Origin: Spirochaetia bacterium
GTDB lineage: Bacteria; Spirochaetota; Spirochaetia; SP-2023
DNA: 64,000 nt
Direction of reading: 5' to 3'
Assembly (NCBI GenBank): GCA_965263295.1
Contig: OZ253665.1
Coordinates: forward strand, 1,088,001 to 1,152,000
Shown here: piece after piece, positions 38,005 through 49,000 of the stretch
Numbering within the stretch: the stretch's first letter is position 1
Layout: each line of letters begins with the position of its first letter
The notes under the pieces: model-generated
What the model was told of the DNA's origin: nothing
Seen by the model: only the letters and a program-made list of their open reading frames with translations
Databases searched by the model: none
Position numbers and translations under genes: made by a program

Positions 38005-39056
38005 GCTTACTGCGAAATCTCCAGTTTTGGCAACTACTTTTATTCGCCGGATTGCTACTCAGCAGTACCCTGCAATTAAAGGCCTACCAGCTAAAATCCC
38101 AACGTTTCTTACCCAGCAGATATTATATTGGCGAACATGTGCGCATGGTTTTAGAAATTGAGGTGTCTCCTCAAGAATTTCAAGACGACAACAAAGAAGG
38201 GCGACAACTCTCTAAAGGTAAAGACCGTAATACCGCCAATGCCGTGCCCAAAAACATTTCTATACAACATAAACTGCCCCAAAACCTTAATTACTGTATT
38301 CACAAAGCGGATATATCCATTGCCAATACACCCAACACTTATATTATAGAGCTCGTCTACGCGGTATTCAATACAGATGTCAGCCACCTAGCTTCTTTCA
38401 ACATTCAAGGCTTGCACATACCAACTTTGACTATCCCCAGGGCACTTTCCAGTCTGACGGAAGACGGCAGCGAGGTCAATGGTTCGGGTAGTAATGCGAA
38501 TATTGACTGGCAACTACCTTCGCTAGAGTCTATTCCCCTACAACTGCCGTGGATAGATTTGAGTATTGCCCTGCTAATTCAGGTCATTGTGTTGCTCCCC
38601 ATCCTGGTGTTCCAAGGCTCCAAACGCTTGCGCAAAATGTTGTACAGCCTGCGACAAAACCACTTACAGCGCAAACCTTACCGCCAATTCCTGCGCCAGC
38701 TCCACTTACTGTTACAACGCGAAACAATCAGTGCTCAGGAGTACTACCGAATTCTCAGTTCTCAGGTACGATATTATCTGGACCTGCGTACCCCACATCC
38801 CTGTTCTGCCTGTACCACCGAAGAGCTGGCTCAGCTGCAGCCGGGGCAATTAATAGAATCACAGGAATTATGGCAGGGCGTTCTGGCCATTTTGCAGGCC
38901 AGCGATGACTTGCGCTTTCGCAATATTTCTAAAACATCTAGCGAACCGATTGCAGAACAACAAAAACTTCACGAAGTTTCAATTATCCAGAATTTTGCCA
39001 AGCTGCTTGAAAAACAATTCTATAAAAAAAAGCAGCGCGAGCTCCGCCATTTATAG
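38001..39056 (+). CDS. Bat-operon membrane-anchored hypothetical protein
   Basis: Signal peptide, Ig-like region, one TM helix and RYYL...TTEEL tail; lies between DUF58 and batA. Confidence 0.7.
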   Translation: MSLLRNLQFWQLLLFAGLLLSSTLQLKAYQLKSQRFLPSRYYIGEHVRMVLEIEVSPQEFQDDNKEGRQLSKGKDRNTANAVPKNISIQHKLPQNLNYCIHKADISIANTPNTYIIELVYAVFNTDVSHLASFNIQGLHIPTLTIPRALSSLTEDGSEVNGSGSNANIDWQLPSLESIPLQLPWIDLSIALLIQVIVLLPILVFQGSKRLRKMLYSLRQNHLQRKPYRQFLRQLHLLLQRETISAQEYYRILSSQVRYYLDLRTPHPCSACTTEELAQLQPGQLIESQELWQGVLAILQASDDLRFRNISKTSSEPIAEQQKLHEVSIIQNFAKLLEKQFYKKKQRELRHL

Positions 39057-39061
39057 CCATT

Positions 39062-40066
39062 ATGTTCAGCTTTTCCGAGCCTGTGTGGTTGCTTTTACTC
39101 TTGCCCGTGCCGGCCTCCCTATTTTTCTATTTCGTTACCTTACGCCACAAAGGAGGCCTGCCGTTCGCCTATCGCACCTGGGGCTCCTGGGGATTTCATC
39201 CGCGCCAGCCCCTAATAAACTTACAGATTTTCATCAGCCGCTGTCTTTACATTCTGACGTTCATTACCTTGGTCGTCGCTCTATCGCGCCCCAATATCTC
39301 CCGTCAAGAAGAGATCTACGTCAATACCGGCGCGGCCATCCTCTTCCTGTTTGACCTGTCGCCAAGCATGGCTGCTGTCGACATAGTTCCCTACACCCGA
39401 ATTGACCGAGCCAAACAAGCGACTCGCGATTTCATTAACAGCCGGGTCAATGACAGCATTGGTTTTGTCGGCTTCGCCAGCGGAGCCGCCCTACTCTGGC
39501 CGGCCTCCTTAAACTATGAGGGCGCCATAAAACGTTTGGATGATATCGCTGCACCCAGCTTGGGCCAGGGTACAGCGATCGGACTCGGAATGGCAGTTGC
39601 CGCGAGTCATTTGAACGAACTGCCAAACAAGCGCAAGATCCTTATAATGCTCACAGACGGCAGTAATAACAGCGGAGAAATACTACCCGAAGGGGCGGCT
39701 GAAATCATACGCAATAAAAATATTGAATTTTACATTGTCGGCCTGGGCCAAATGGGCACACATAGCGCCCTGATCACGGACCTGGAAACCGGGCAGCAAT
39801 ATCGGGGTGAGTTAAGTGAAAGTTATAATCCTAAACGCTTACAACGCATCGCTGAAGTTGCCGGCGGCACCTTTTACAATGGCATGAATTATCGCCTATT
39901 ACAGCAAAACATGGCCGCCATCAACAAGGCTGAAGAGAGCCAAAACGATGTGGCCATCCGGGTGAAAAGCGTTTCACTAGAACGACATTTTATTCTGACG
40001 GCTCTGATTCTAGCTCTGCTGGGCTTTACATTGCGCAACGTCATTCTAGGGGAGCAGCATTTGTGA
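39062..40066 (+). CDS. batA: BatA-like vWA domain membrane protein
   Basis: FSEPVWLLLLL, ALSRP, MIDAS DLSPSM, GTAIGLG and LTDGSNNSG; C-terminal TM. Confidence 0.88.
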   Translation: MFSFSEPVWLLLLLPVPASLFFYFVTLRHKGGLPFAYRTWGSWGFHPRQPLINLQIFISRCLYILTFITLVVALSRPNISRQEEIYVNTGAAILFLFDLSPSMAAVDIVPYTRIDRAKQATRDFINSRVNDSIGFVGFASGAALLWPASLNYEGAIKRLDDIAAPSLGQGTAIGLGMAVAASHLNELPNKRKILIMLTDGSNNSGEILPEGAAEIIRNKNIEFYIVGLGQMGTHSALITDLETGQQYRGELSESYNPKRLQRIAEVAGGTFYNGMNYRLLQQNMAAINKAEESQNDVAIRVKSVSLERHFILTALILALLGFTLRNVILGEQHL

Positions 40067-41169
40067 ATTTTTTTTATCCCAACTACTTATGGTATATACT
40101 CTTAATTATTCCATACACAGCAATACTGCCATTCTACTACCGAAAACAACTTGAAGTCCTACACCTGCTATGCCGTCATAATCTGAATGATGAAATGCTT
40201 CAGGCATATCGTCATTACTTTAACCTTCTAGCATTCTTTGCTGGGCTATTTGTACTTTCCATCATTCTCGCTCTGGCCCAACCCGCATGGGGCTACAACA
40301 ACCGGGTTGAGCCGCAAGTCAAAAATCTGCAGATTGTTTTTGCGCTTGATATCTCACGCAGCATGTTGGCGCGCGACGTCACTCCCAACCGATTGCAACG
40401 CGCCATTGAGTTACTTGGCGAACTCCATGAGATTTTTCAAAACGATGAACTTGGTCTAGTCGTTTTTAAAGGCAGGGCCCAGACTCTAATACCCCTTTCA
40501 CGCGATCGTCTGGTTTTCCCCTCGGTATTTCCTCAACTAAATACCGATATATTGCAAAGCCCCGGTTCAAATTTGGCTGCTGCAGTCAGAGAAAGTATCA
40601 AACTATTTGATCACAAGAGCAATTCCAGCCAAGTCATTATCCTGCTGAGCGACGGCGAATCCATCAGTGGCGATTTGAATTACGCACAGCAGCGTCTGGA
40701 TGACTGGGACGGGACTCTGATAAGTATTGGTGTCGGCACCCGCGAAGGTTCAGAAATATTTGACCAGCAAGACAAACTAGTGACGGATTATCATGGCCTG
40801 CCCGTACACAGCCGCCTCTGCGACGATGTACTCAAAGATTTAAGCCACCATACTTTCGGCAAATATTACCACATTCAAGAACTCAATCTGACTCAGGATT
40901 TACAAAACCAGCTCGCACCGCTCACACGTGGCAACCACATCCTACAATATAGCCTACTCGGCCGTTACCAGCTCTGTATTTGCCTGTCTCTACTGAGCTT
41001 CCTAGCCATCGCTATACTCAAGCGCTTCGGTTTTACAGGTTTTTATCATTTCCTCAAGACCCAGAGGCTGCTATTACGGCAACAGAATCATCAAAGCACC
41101 ATGGTAACAGACCGCGATGTCTCCCTTCACAAGATCGGCCTCGACAATCAGAGCTGGAGATCATTGTGA
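40063..41169 (+). CDS. batB: BatB-like vWA domain membrane protein
   Basis: ALAQPAWG, LDISRSMLARDVTPNRL, LLSDGE and GVGTREG; GTGA overlap with batA. Confidence 0.88.
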   Translation: MNFFYPNYLWYILLIIPYTAILPFYYRKQLEVLHLLCRHNLNDEMLQAYRHYFNLLAFFAGLFVLSIILALAQPAWGYNNRVEPQVKNLQIVFALDISRSMLARDVTPNRLQRAIELLGELHEIFQNDELGLVVFKGRAQTLIPLSRDRLVFPSVFPQLNTDILQSPGSNLAAAVRESIKLFDHKSNSSQVIILLSDGESISGDLNYAQQRLDDWDGTLISIGVGTREGSEIFDQQDKLVTDYHGLPVHSRLCDDVLKDLSHHTFGKYYHIQELNLTQDLQNQLAPLTRGNHILQYSLLGRYQLCICLSLLSFLAIAILKRFGFTGFYHFLKTQRLLLRQQNHQSTMVTDRDVSLHKIGLDNQSWRSL

Positions 41170-41870
41170 CAGGCTCACGCCTTCCACACCACTTTTCAAA
41201 GCGTCCGGCCTCCCGCGCTCTGATCCTCTCTTTGTCCGTGCTATCAACTCTATTAAGCTCTTGTGACAGCTATCTAAGCGACGGCATCCGCGTGGCCTGG
41301 GCCAAGCAACTCTTCCAACAAGGACAATACCAAGAAGCCCTACTCTACTCTCTTGACGCCGAACAAAACCGCGCCCAAAGCCTAAAAAAATACCCAAACT
41401 TGAATCCAGATGACTTGCAATTGCTCTCTTTAAAACGCATACAATATAATATCGGTTTGATTTACAGTGCCCTGGGGCAAAGCCGTGCGGCAATAGAGCG
41501 CTGGCAGGAACTACTCAATCACAGAGGGTTAAATGGCGATGAGAATCTACAATTTTCTATACTATATAATATCGGGCTTCTTTACAGCCAGGTAGGCCAG
41601 AACGATGTCGCCCGGCGCAACTTAGTCCAGGCACTCAGGCTGCGCCCCGAGCATAAAAGTTGCCGCAAAGCTTTAGAGATCGTATTAGCCCATCTAAAGC
41701 AAAACGAACTTGGCCAGAAGTCTGAGCCCCAAAACAGTCAACCCGAAGAGCTACCGTCATCACAGTCAAGTATCAGCGACGAACAAATACTCAATTACAT
41801 CTCACGCCAAGCCAACTATCACTTTAAAAGTGACGTCAAAGCACAACAAGTATTACGCAATGACTGGTAG
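41166..41870 (+). CDS. batC: BatC-like TPR protein, predicted lipoprotein
   Basis: TPR repeats YNIGLIY and YNIGLLY, C-terminal DW. Starting at GTG 41166 (GTGA overlap with the batB stop) yields a signal ending LLSSC. Confidence 0.72.
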   Translation: MTGSRLPHHFSKRPASRALILSLSVLSTLLSSCDSYLSDGIRVAWAKQLFQQGQYQEALLYSLDAEQNRAQSLKKYPNLNPDDLQLLSLKRIQYNIGLIYSALGQSRAAIERWQELLNHRGLNGDENLQFSILYNIGLLYSQVGQNDVARRNLVQALRLRPEHKSCRKALEIVLAHLKQNELGQKSEPQNSQPEELPSSQSSISDEQILNYISRQANYHFKSDVKAQQVLRNDW

Positions 41871-41918
41871 CCTAAATCACAAATCAATCAAATAGAGAAA
41901 TTTGACAGGTAGGGAAAG

Positions 41919-44765
41919 TTGGAACGCAAGCTACAACTTAGAAAGAACTTATGGCGTTGGGCTTTATTGTCAATCTTTTGCACCCTCGCAATTTTGAGCC
42001 TGTACTTGGCTTCATCGTCTTTGTGCCTAGAGGCACAAGAGGCTTCGACAGAGGCTACATCTCCGCGGCCTCTCCCACAAGACAAAGAAAAAACTCCCCA
42101 AAATATTGCCGAAACAGTTTCTCAGGCCGACTCAGGCAGTTCCCCAAGTCAGGCACTAGATAATTCACTGCCGGGCAAACCCAACTCAAAAGACGAAGCG
42201 GGGCGCCCCCGGATCCGGTTCCAAAGCGAATCAAAGCGAGAGCCTGTCATCCTGGAAGAGCCTGTCCTGGGATCGGACGAAGTCGAGATCCTCAGCGATA
42301 AAGTTTATCTGTACAGTTACTTTAATGTATTATTTAAAACACCCTTTGGACTCAATGAGGGTGTTCAGATCAACCTTGCGAGCAATCGCAACGATAAACA
42401 TGTACTCCGTACCGAAAAACTGGAGTATTCCCGCTACCAAGACCCAGAAGGGCGGGAGCACCGCGCCTTTATTTTGGGTTTTTATACCACCAGCACAGGT
42501 TTGCACCAGTTACCACGCCTGAATTTTCAAAGTACGACAAGCGGACGCAACTGGATTAGTCCGGCTTTGGCCTTTGCCTCCTTTCAGGTTGACGAAGGCA
42601 AACTGCCCCTGCCGGTAGCTGCCGAAATTAACCCGTTACCCGACCAAGTTTATCTGGGCCAAAATATCTTGCTCAACATCTGGGCCACACAAGTGGATGC
42701 AATCGACCAAAGCTTCTTGAATGAGAACCCAGAGTTCACCGGCTTCTTGATACAGAAAAGTCCGATCAAACCCAATGTCGAGCGTCTTCACATTATTGGC
42801 AAGGATGTCTATCGCGTCTCGTTGGGAACTTGGCTGCTCAACCCGATTGAACCGGGCTTACTACGTATCCCTGCCATCCCCGCGACTGTCATGGGCCTGC
42901 AGCGCCAGAGCCTAGCCCATCAACTTGAAGTTCTCCCTCTGCCGCCCAACCCTTATCAGCAGCGTCTGGAACAATCTAAGACGACGGCAGACAAGCAGAT
43001 TCCAGAAGAAAGTCTACGCTCATTAGTCCCTGCTGGCAAGACTTCCACGGGGACCGCAATCGGCCAGTTTAAAGTCTCTTTTCAACTACTCTCCAATCAG
43101 GAGCAAAACATCTACCGCCAAACCAAGCATCCCCAGAAGGCGGCAAACCGGTCAATCAAAAATCACAAGGAATACGCCACAGGCGATTTGATTCATGCGG
43201 CCTTGCGCATTACCGGACACGGGAACATCCATCTGGCCAACTTCCCCAAGCTGCGAATTCCCTCCAGCCTTAGGCAGCTGCAAAGTAATGAGAGCGAAGA
43301 ACTCAAACTTGATTTTGACCACGCGGAACTCTATGGCTGGCGCCAAAAAATATTGACCTTTAAAGCTAAAAACTCAGGCCAGTGTCTTATCGCCGTCGAT
43401 AGTCTACCTTACTTCGACCCCGAGTCAGGCAGCTGGCACAAGACTCTTCCCCAGGAACTGACTCTGCAAGTATTGAATCTAGCTACCCCGTCTTATTACG
43501 CCAACCTGGAAGACCTACATTTTTCTGACGCCACGGTATTATTTTTTAACCTTATGTTTTGGCTACAACAATACGCTTTTTATATTTGCCTAACAATCTT
43601 TGTCTTGACCAGCATTTATTTTTTGCCACAGCTGCCTAGCCTCCATTTCCTCAAGCAGTCGAAAAAGCGGCAGTATATCCGTAAAAATATCTACGTATGG
43701 CCGGCAACCACAGCCTTACAACAAAATACTAGAGATATTGCCCATAGTCTAAATAAGCTTCCCATCAACCATGACTTGAACGCGCCCAGGGCACTGCTAC
43801 AACGATTTAAACAGAGATTTTTATCGCTAGGTAGGCAATACCGCAGTTTACTCCTTGTGCTCCTCGCTTTGCTACTATTCGGGTCGTTCTATGGAATATC
43901 GACAGTCAAGAACCAAAAAGAACAGCAAAAAGTTCATCAGCATTATCTCAATATCCTGCGCCAACAGGTGATTCGACAAGCTCAGCAAAATGAAGACATT
44001 GACCCTGCGCAAATTGAAGCCCAACTCGGACAGCCACCATATTCCGTTGGTAAGCTGCCCAACATGGCGCTGCTGTTGTACCGCAATGGCCTACCCATTC
44101 AAGCCCTAGAATTAGCTTATCTAAGCTATTTCTACCAGCCTCTGCAAGCTGTTTCGCGCCGCCTAGTTTCATCCCTGCGCATTCAACAGGGCCTAGATCC
44201 CCGTTTACCCGATTTTTTCTTCTGGCCATTACAACTTCACCACATCTGGAAATATTTAGCTGTCGGCCTGTTTTTGTCGATTTCGCTATATTGCATTTTT
44301 TGCACGAAACAAAAGACTATAGAGTCCCTTGATGACGATATACCGGCAACAAAACCATCCGAATTTTCTCGCTACCACCCTCCACAAGATAACTGGCTGC
44401 GCCGACGTGTATTGCATACATACCGTAACTACACAATTATCTCAATGCTTCTCCTATTGAGCCTCAGTATCCCCTGGCACTTTTCTCTAGCTGTCAACAC
44501 ACGAGCTGACCTGCAACTGGAACCCATTCCCCACCGCGGCAGACACACCACTTTGATAGGCCCAAACCAAGGTAAACAAAAAAGCTGGAAAAATCGCTTG
44601 AACGCTGGTGAGCTTGTCAAGATCAAAGGCCGCAGCAGTCGTAGCCATAATGAAACAGCTGGATCCTCAGCCAAAAGTGAAACAATCTATACCCTAATTC
44701 TCGGAGAAAGACAGGATCAAGGCTGGGTGCGCGAACAGGATCTGTTTATCCTGCCCAAAAACTAG
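41919..44765 (+). CDS. batD: BatD-like protein fused to a BatE-like TM/SH3 C-terminus
   Basis: VYLGQ, AIGQF, ITGHGN and YFDP BatD motifs; later TM helices and a GELVKI...GWV SH3-like end. Confidence 0.72.
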   Translation: MERKLQLRKNLWRWALLSIFCTLAILSLYLASSSLCLEAQEASTEATSPRPLPQDKEKTPQNIAETVSQADSGSSPSQALDNSLPGKPNSKDEAGRPRIRFQSESKREPVILEEPVLGSDEVEILSDKVYLYSYFNVLFKTPFGLNEGVQINLASNRNDKHVLRTEKLEYSRYQDPEGREHRAFILGFYTTSTGLHQLPRLNFQSTTSGRNWISPALAFASFQVDEGKLPLPVAAEINPLPDQVYLGQNILLNIWATQVDAIDQSFLNENPEFTGFLIQKSPIKPNVERLHIIGKDVYRVSLGTWLLNPIEPGLLRIPAIPATVMGLQRQSLAHQLEVLPLPPNPYQQRLEQSKTTADKQIPEESLRSLVPAGKTSTGTAIGQFKVSFQLLSNQEQNIYRQTKHPQKAANRSIKNHKEYATGDLIHAALRITGHGNIHLANFPKLRIPSSLRQLQSNESEELKLDFDHAELYGWRQKILTFKAKNSGQCLIAVDSLPYFDPESGSWHKTLPQELTLQVLNLATPSYYANLEDLHFSDATVLFFNLMFWLQQYAFYICLTIFVLTSIYFLPQLPSLHFLKQSKKRQYIRKNIYVWPATTALQQNTRDIAHSLNKLPINHDLNAPRALLQRFKQRFLSLGRQYRSLLLVLLALLLFGSFYGISTVKNQKEQQKVHQHYLNILRQQVIRQAQQNEDIDPAQIEAQLGQPPYSVGKLPNMALLLYRNGLPIQALELAYLSYFYQPLQAVSRRLVSSLRIQQGLDPRLPDFFFWPLQLHHIWKYLAVGLFLSISLYCIFCTKQKTIESLDDDIPATKPSEFSRYHPPQDNWLRRRVLHTYRNYTIISMLLLLSLSIPWHFSLAVNTRADLQLEPIPHRGRHTTLIGPNQGKQKSWKNRLNAGELVKIKGRSSRSHNETAGSSAKSETIYTLILGERQDQGWVREQDLFILPKN

Positions 44766-44780
44766 ACCCCAAAAACTAGA
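44754..44780. repeat. Tandem duplication (14-bp period) across the batD stop codon
   Basis: CCCAAAAACTAGA at 44754-44766 and 44768-44780. Confidence 0.85.
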
Positions 44781-44864
44781 TAAGGGATTAAGGCATTCCC
44801 ACTCTGGGGGTATTTTCAGTATACTGCTGCTCCAATTCTGGCTGGAGGCAGAGTAAAACTTTAT

Positions 44865-47429
44865 ATGGCACGCTACCCTTTTCATGAAATTGAACCGCGC
44901 TGGCAACAGTACTGGCAAGACAACAAAACTTTTGAAGTAAAAGAAAACTCTAATTTCCCGCCCGCAAAGCGCCGCTATATCCTGGATATGTTCCCTTATC
45001 CATCGGGCAGTGGCCTGCACGTCGGTCACCCTGAAGGTTATACCGCGACCGATATTTATTCGCGTTACTTGCGTATGAATGGTTACAATGTACTACATCC
45101 GATGGGCTTTGACTCTTTTGGCCTGCCGGCAGAGAACTATGCCATTAAGACAGGCACTCACCCACAGTTGACGACAGAACAAAATATTAAGCGCTTTCGC
45201 GAGCAGATTCGTTCCTTGGGCCTGAGTTATGACTGGAGCCGCGAAGTTATTACCAGTGAGCCAGATTACTACAAATGGACACAGTGGATTTTTATCCAAT
45301 TGTTTAAAAAAGGCTTGGCCTATGAAACCAAGGCACCGATTAACTGGTGCACCTCTTGCAAGACGGGTCTGGCCAACGAAGAAGTCGAAAACGGTCATTG
45401 TGAACGCTGTGGCAGTCGAGTTGAACGCCGAAATTTGCGCCAGTGGGTACTAAAAATCAAAGTCTATGCTGAACGCCTACTGCAAGACTTGGAACTACTT
45501 GACTGGCCCAGTTCGGTAAAGACTATGCAAGAAAACTGGATCGGCCGCAGTGAAGGGGCAGAAGTCGATTTCCCGCTGTCTGAAGATCGTTCTAAGAAAC
45601 TGCGCGTCTTTACCACTCGCCCCGATACTTTGTACGGGGCGACATACATGGTAATCGCCCCCGAGCACCCATGGGTAACAAGATTAACGACAGCCCAGCA
45701 GGCACAGAATGTCGAACAGTACATCAGTGCAGTGTCGCATAAGTCTGACCTGGAACGCACCGATCTGGCCAAAGACAAGAGTGGCGTATTCACCGGCTCC
45801 TATGCTATTAACCCAATGACAGGTAAGGAAATACCTATTTGGATCGCCGATTATATCTTAATTTCGTATGGTACTGGGGCAATTATGGCTGTACCGGCCC
45901 ACGACCAGCGCGATTGGGACTTTGCGCAAAAGTTTGGACTGCCGATTGTCGAAGTTGTCAAAGGTGGAAATATCCATGAGGAAGCCTTTAGCGCCGATGG
46001 ACCACACGTCAACTCCGCTGCCCTGAACGGCCTGAACAAATCAGCTGCCATCGCTAAGGCCATTGAGCTGCTTGAGTGGCGCGGCTTGGGCAAGCGCACT
46101 GTCCAATACAAGCTCAGCGACTGGCTTTTTAGCCGGCAGCGTTACTGGGGAGAGCCCATTCCCATAGTCCACTGCCCAGAATGTGGCAGCGTAAGCCTGC
46201 CCGTAGAAGAGCTGCCTTTGCGCCTCCCTGAAGTCGAAAGCTACCAGCCAACAGACACAGGTGAGTCTCCACTTGCGGCCATAGAAGACTGGGTAAACTG
46301 TCAATGCCCTAAATGTGGCACTCCAGCTCGCCGAGAGACCAATACCATGCCACAATGGGCGGGGTCATGCTGGTACTACCTGCGCTACCTCAGCCCCAAG
46401 GATCAACAGCATTTTGTCGATCCGGCAGCTGAAAAATACTGGATGCCGGTCGATCTGTATATCGGCGGAGCTGAACACGCCGTATTGCACCTGCTCTATG
46501 CACGCTTCTGGCACAAGGTACTCTACGACTTGGGCCTAGTACAAAATAAAGAGCCCTTCCAGCGCCTCGTCAATCAAGGCATGATCTTGGGAGAAATGGA
46601 GTTCAGCCGTGAAATTGATGGCCAAACTGTCAAGCTAACCGAAGATCAGGTAGTCAAAAAAGGCAATGACTTTGTGCTCAAAGAAAGTCCCGAAATCAAA
46701 GTGCGGGCCCAGGCTGAAAAAATGTCGAAAAGCCGGGGCAATGTCATTAACCCCGATGACGTTATTGCCGAGTATGGCGCAGATACCTTGCGCCTGTACG
46801 AAATGTTTATGGGACCTTTGCAAATGGTCAAACCCTGGGCCACTGGTGGGCTTGCCGGCATGCATCGGTTTTTAAATCGGATGTGGAACATTGGCCAGAA
46901 ACCTTTACGCAGCGAAAACCTTGAGAAACTATTCGGGCCAGCTGAAGCCAATGGATTACTCCGCCTGCTGCATCAAACTATTAAAAAGGTTACGCAGGAT
47001 ACCGAGAACCTCAACTTCAATACCGCCATTTCGCAAATGATGATTCTAAGTAATAAAATGTCTTCTCTTGAGGTTTGCCCGCTGAAACTCTGGCAGCCAT
47101 TCTTGTTATTGTTAAGCCCCTACGCGCCGCATTTATGCGAGGAACTCTGGCAAATGAGCTCACAGTTTGAAGGCAAAAGGCAAAAAACTTTGGCATATGA
47201 GGCTTGGCCCACCTGGAGCGAGACCTTATGCCAAGAGAATCAAAAAGAAATTGTCTTTCAAGTTGACGGCAAACTGCGCAGCAAGGCAATGCTAAGTCCC
47301 CGTGCGAGCAAAGAAGAGCTTGCTGCTGCAGCCCAAGCCGACCCGAAGGTTCAAGAACAGCTCTGCGGCAAGACAATCCACAAGAAAATTGTCGTACCTG
47401 GCCGCTTAGTCAATATTGTAACCAGATAA
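44865..47429 (+). CDS. leuS: Leucine--tRNA ligase
   Basis: [14 protein letters not shown] (HIGH), KMSKS, FTTRPDT and [13 protein letters not shown]. Confidence 0.98.
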   Translation: MARYPFHEIEPRWQQYWQDNKTFEVKENSNFPPAKRRYILDMFPYPSGSGLHVGHPEGYTATDIYSRYLRMNGYNVLHPMGFDSFGLPAENYAIKTGTHPQLTTEQNIKRFREQIRSLGLSYDWSREVITSEPDYYKWTQWIFIQLFKKGLAYETKAPINWCTSCKTGLANEEVENGHCERCGSRVERRNLRQWVLKIKVYAERLLQDLELLDWPSSVKTMQENWIGRSEGAEVDFPLSEDRSKKLRVFTTRPDTLYGATYMVIAPEHPWVTRLTTAQQAQNVEQYISAVSHKSDLERTDLAKDKSGVFTGSYAINPMTGKEIPIWIADYILISYGTGAIMAVPAHDQRDWDFAQKFGLPIVEVVKGGNIHEEAFSADGPHVNSAALNGLNKSAAIAKAIELLEWRGLGKRTVQYKLSDWLFSRQRYWGEPIPIVHCPECGSVSLPVEELPLRLPEVESYQPTDTGESPLAAIEDWVNCQCPKCGTPARRETNTMPQWAGSCWYYLRYLSPKDQQHFVDPAAEKYWMPVDLYIGGAEHAVLHLLYARFWHKVLYDLGLVQNKEPFQRLVNQGMILGEMEFSREIDGQTVKLTEDQVVKKGNDFVLKESPEIKVRAQAEKMSKSRGNVINPDDVIAEYGADTLRLYEMFMGPLQMVKPWATGGLAGMHRFLNRMWNIGQKPLRSENLEKLFGPAEANGLLRLLHQTIKKVTQDTENLNFNTAISQMMILSNKMSSLEVCPLKLWQPFLLLLSPYAPHLCEELWQMSSQFEGKRQKTLAYEAWPTWSETLCQENQKEIVFQVDGKLRSKAMLSPRASKEELAAAAQADPKVQEQLCGKTIHKKIVVPGRLVNIVTR

Positions 47430-47457
47430 ATGATTTGTCAGCAAAAGGAAGACAAGC

Positions 47458-48525
47458 TTAAGCTTCTTCTAGTTCTTTGCGGAAATTGATATGATCCCCG
47501 CGGCCCATATCAATTTCAAAGCCGGCATTTCGGATACGCCCCTGAATGCAGAAACGGCAATGTTCAGCCTTGTCCTTGACACAAATTTTATCTGGATAGA
47601 GCTCATACTTTGGCCGAACCTCTGGGGGGCTAATATTAGGCATCATAACATTTGCTCCGGCGCGCAGGCCCTTCTCGCGGCCAATCGGATCAAGAGAGCC
47701 CAAGGCTGTCGTGGCTGGAATTAGAGTCTCCGGTAGGAGTAAGCGCACTAGAGCTGTCATATCCAGCACAGTCTGCAAGTCGCCGCCACCCTGCTGCCAC
47801 AACGGTGTCGCTTCATGGGGAATAAAGGGGCCAACCCCCACCATGTGAAAACCATAACTCTTAGCCAAACGCAAATTCTTGACTAAAGTCTGTCGAGTTT
47901 CCCCTGGCAAACCGACCAAGAAACCAGAGCCCGTCTGAAATCCCGCCGCAAAGAGGGCTTCCAGATGCTCCAGCCTTTTGGCCAGGGTATAACCCGGGTG
48001 GAAGCGTTGATACAATTCTTCATCGGCAGTTTCAAAGCGCATTAAGTAGCGATCCCAGCCCGCTTTGAAGAGAACGGGATAAGCGTCCAAGGCAAACTCA
48101 CCAGCAGATAAAGTTAAAGCCACTTGCGGGAACTGGGCCTTAATCATTGATGCCATTTCGCAGTAATCGCCTAACTTATAACAGGGGTCCTCTCCGGCCT
48201 GAAACACAAAAGTACGATAGCCGAGAAAAAAACCAACTTGGCAAGCCTGAAGCATATCTTCTTGACACAGGCGGTAGCGCTCAAGCTTTGTATTGAACTT
48301 GAAAATACCACAATATTGGCAATTGCGCCGGCAATGGTTGCTGAATTCCAAGAGGCCGCGCAGGAAAATCCCTTTGCCATAAACTTCTTCTTTCTTATCA
48401 CGGGCAACCGTGTACAGTTGCATGCGCTCTGCCGAATTAATATTCTGCAGCAGAAAAAACAGTTCCTCGTCACTGAGATCACTCGTCCGAAAAACTTTAT
48501 CAATCAGACGCAGGCATTTGCTCAT
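47458..48525 (-). CDS. hydE: [FeFe]-hydrogenase H-cluster radical SAM maturase HydE
   Basis: CRRNCQYC, GPFIPH, PATTAL, GANVMMPN and C-terminal YELYPDKIC...CRFC...RGDH. Confidence 0.88.
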   Translation of the reverse strand: MSKCLRLIDKVFRTSDLSDEELFFLLQNINSAERMQLYTVARDKKEEVYGKGIFLRGLLEFSNHCRRNCQYCGIFKFNTKLERYRLCQEDMLQACQVGFFLGYRTFVFQAGEDPCYKLGDYCEMASMIKAQFPQVALTLSAGEFALDAYPVLFKAGWDRYLMRFETADEELYQRFHPGYTLAKRLEHLEALFAAGFQTGSGFLVGLPGETRQTLVKNLRLAKSYGFHMVGVGPFIPHEATPLWQQGGGDLQTVLDMTALVRLLLPETLIPATTALGSLDPIGREKGLRAGANVMMPNISPPEVRPKYELYPDKICVKDKAEHCRFCIQGRIRNAGFEIDMGRGDHINFRKELEEA

Positions 48526-48950
48526 TTACAGACACATCCCGTACCACAGCCCGAACTGCGGCCCTGATGTTCGTCGTCGTCAAGGACGCGAAAAATCTCT
48601 GGCCGGGTATCGGGTAGGAACTTCTGACTCAAAGCAAAAATGCCGATACCCAAAGGTAAACCCATCAAAGAGAACACCACCTGTTGGGCCGTACTCACAT
48701 TAGTGGATTGTAAAAATTGTGCAATGCCGATAATCAGTAGTACCGGCAGCATTAAAAGCAAAAACACATCAAGGAGTCCACGCCCAGAAGAATAGGTCAC
48801 CTCAACCCAGTTGCCCTGCTGCAAAGGTAAAGAATTTGTGTTGCGAATCCAGAAACTGCGTTCTTTTTGCCCCAAAAACGAACGCACTGGCTCGGCACTG
48901 AGCTGGACCTGCTTACCTTGAATACTGGTAACTTGTAACTGCTGTATCAT
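48522..48950 (-). CDS. RseC/MucC-family membrane protein
   Basis: Soluble beta N-terminus, two TM helices (LMLPVLL), PEI and a C-terminal CGTGCVC. Its TAA stop overlaps the hydE ATG. Confidence 0.7.
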   Translation of the reverse strand: MIQQLQVTSIQGKQVQLSAEPVRSFLGQKERSFWIRNTNSLPLQQGNWVEVTYSSGRGLLDVFLLLMLPVLLIIGIAQFLQSTNVSTAQQVVFSLMGLPLGIGIFALSQKFLPDTRPEIFRVLDDDEHQGRSSGCGTGCVCK

Positions 48951-49000
48951 CTCAAACTCCTTCTCCTGTAAACAGGAAGTATTATTTTAACTACCACCAA

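Noticed and set aside
40980..41169. Large batB/batC overlap suggesting a frameshift
   Set aside because: Resolved by the in-frame GTG at 41166, which gives a GTGA overlap and exposes a signal peptide.
44781..44864. T-box leader for leuS (and for aspS at 25994-26084)
   Set aside because: Both spacers are under 100 nt and lack the AGGGTGGNACCGCG T-box motif.
47458..48525. PylB or BioB instead of HydE
   Set aside because: The C-terminal YxxY-x2-KIC and Cys-containing tail fit HydE, and no pyl or bio genes are adjacent.
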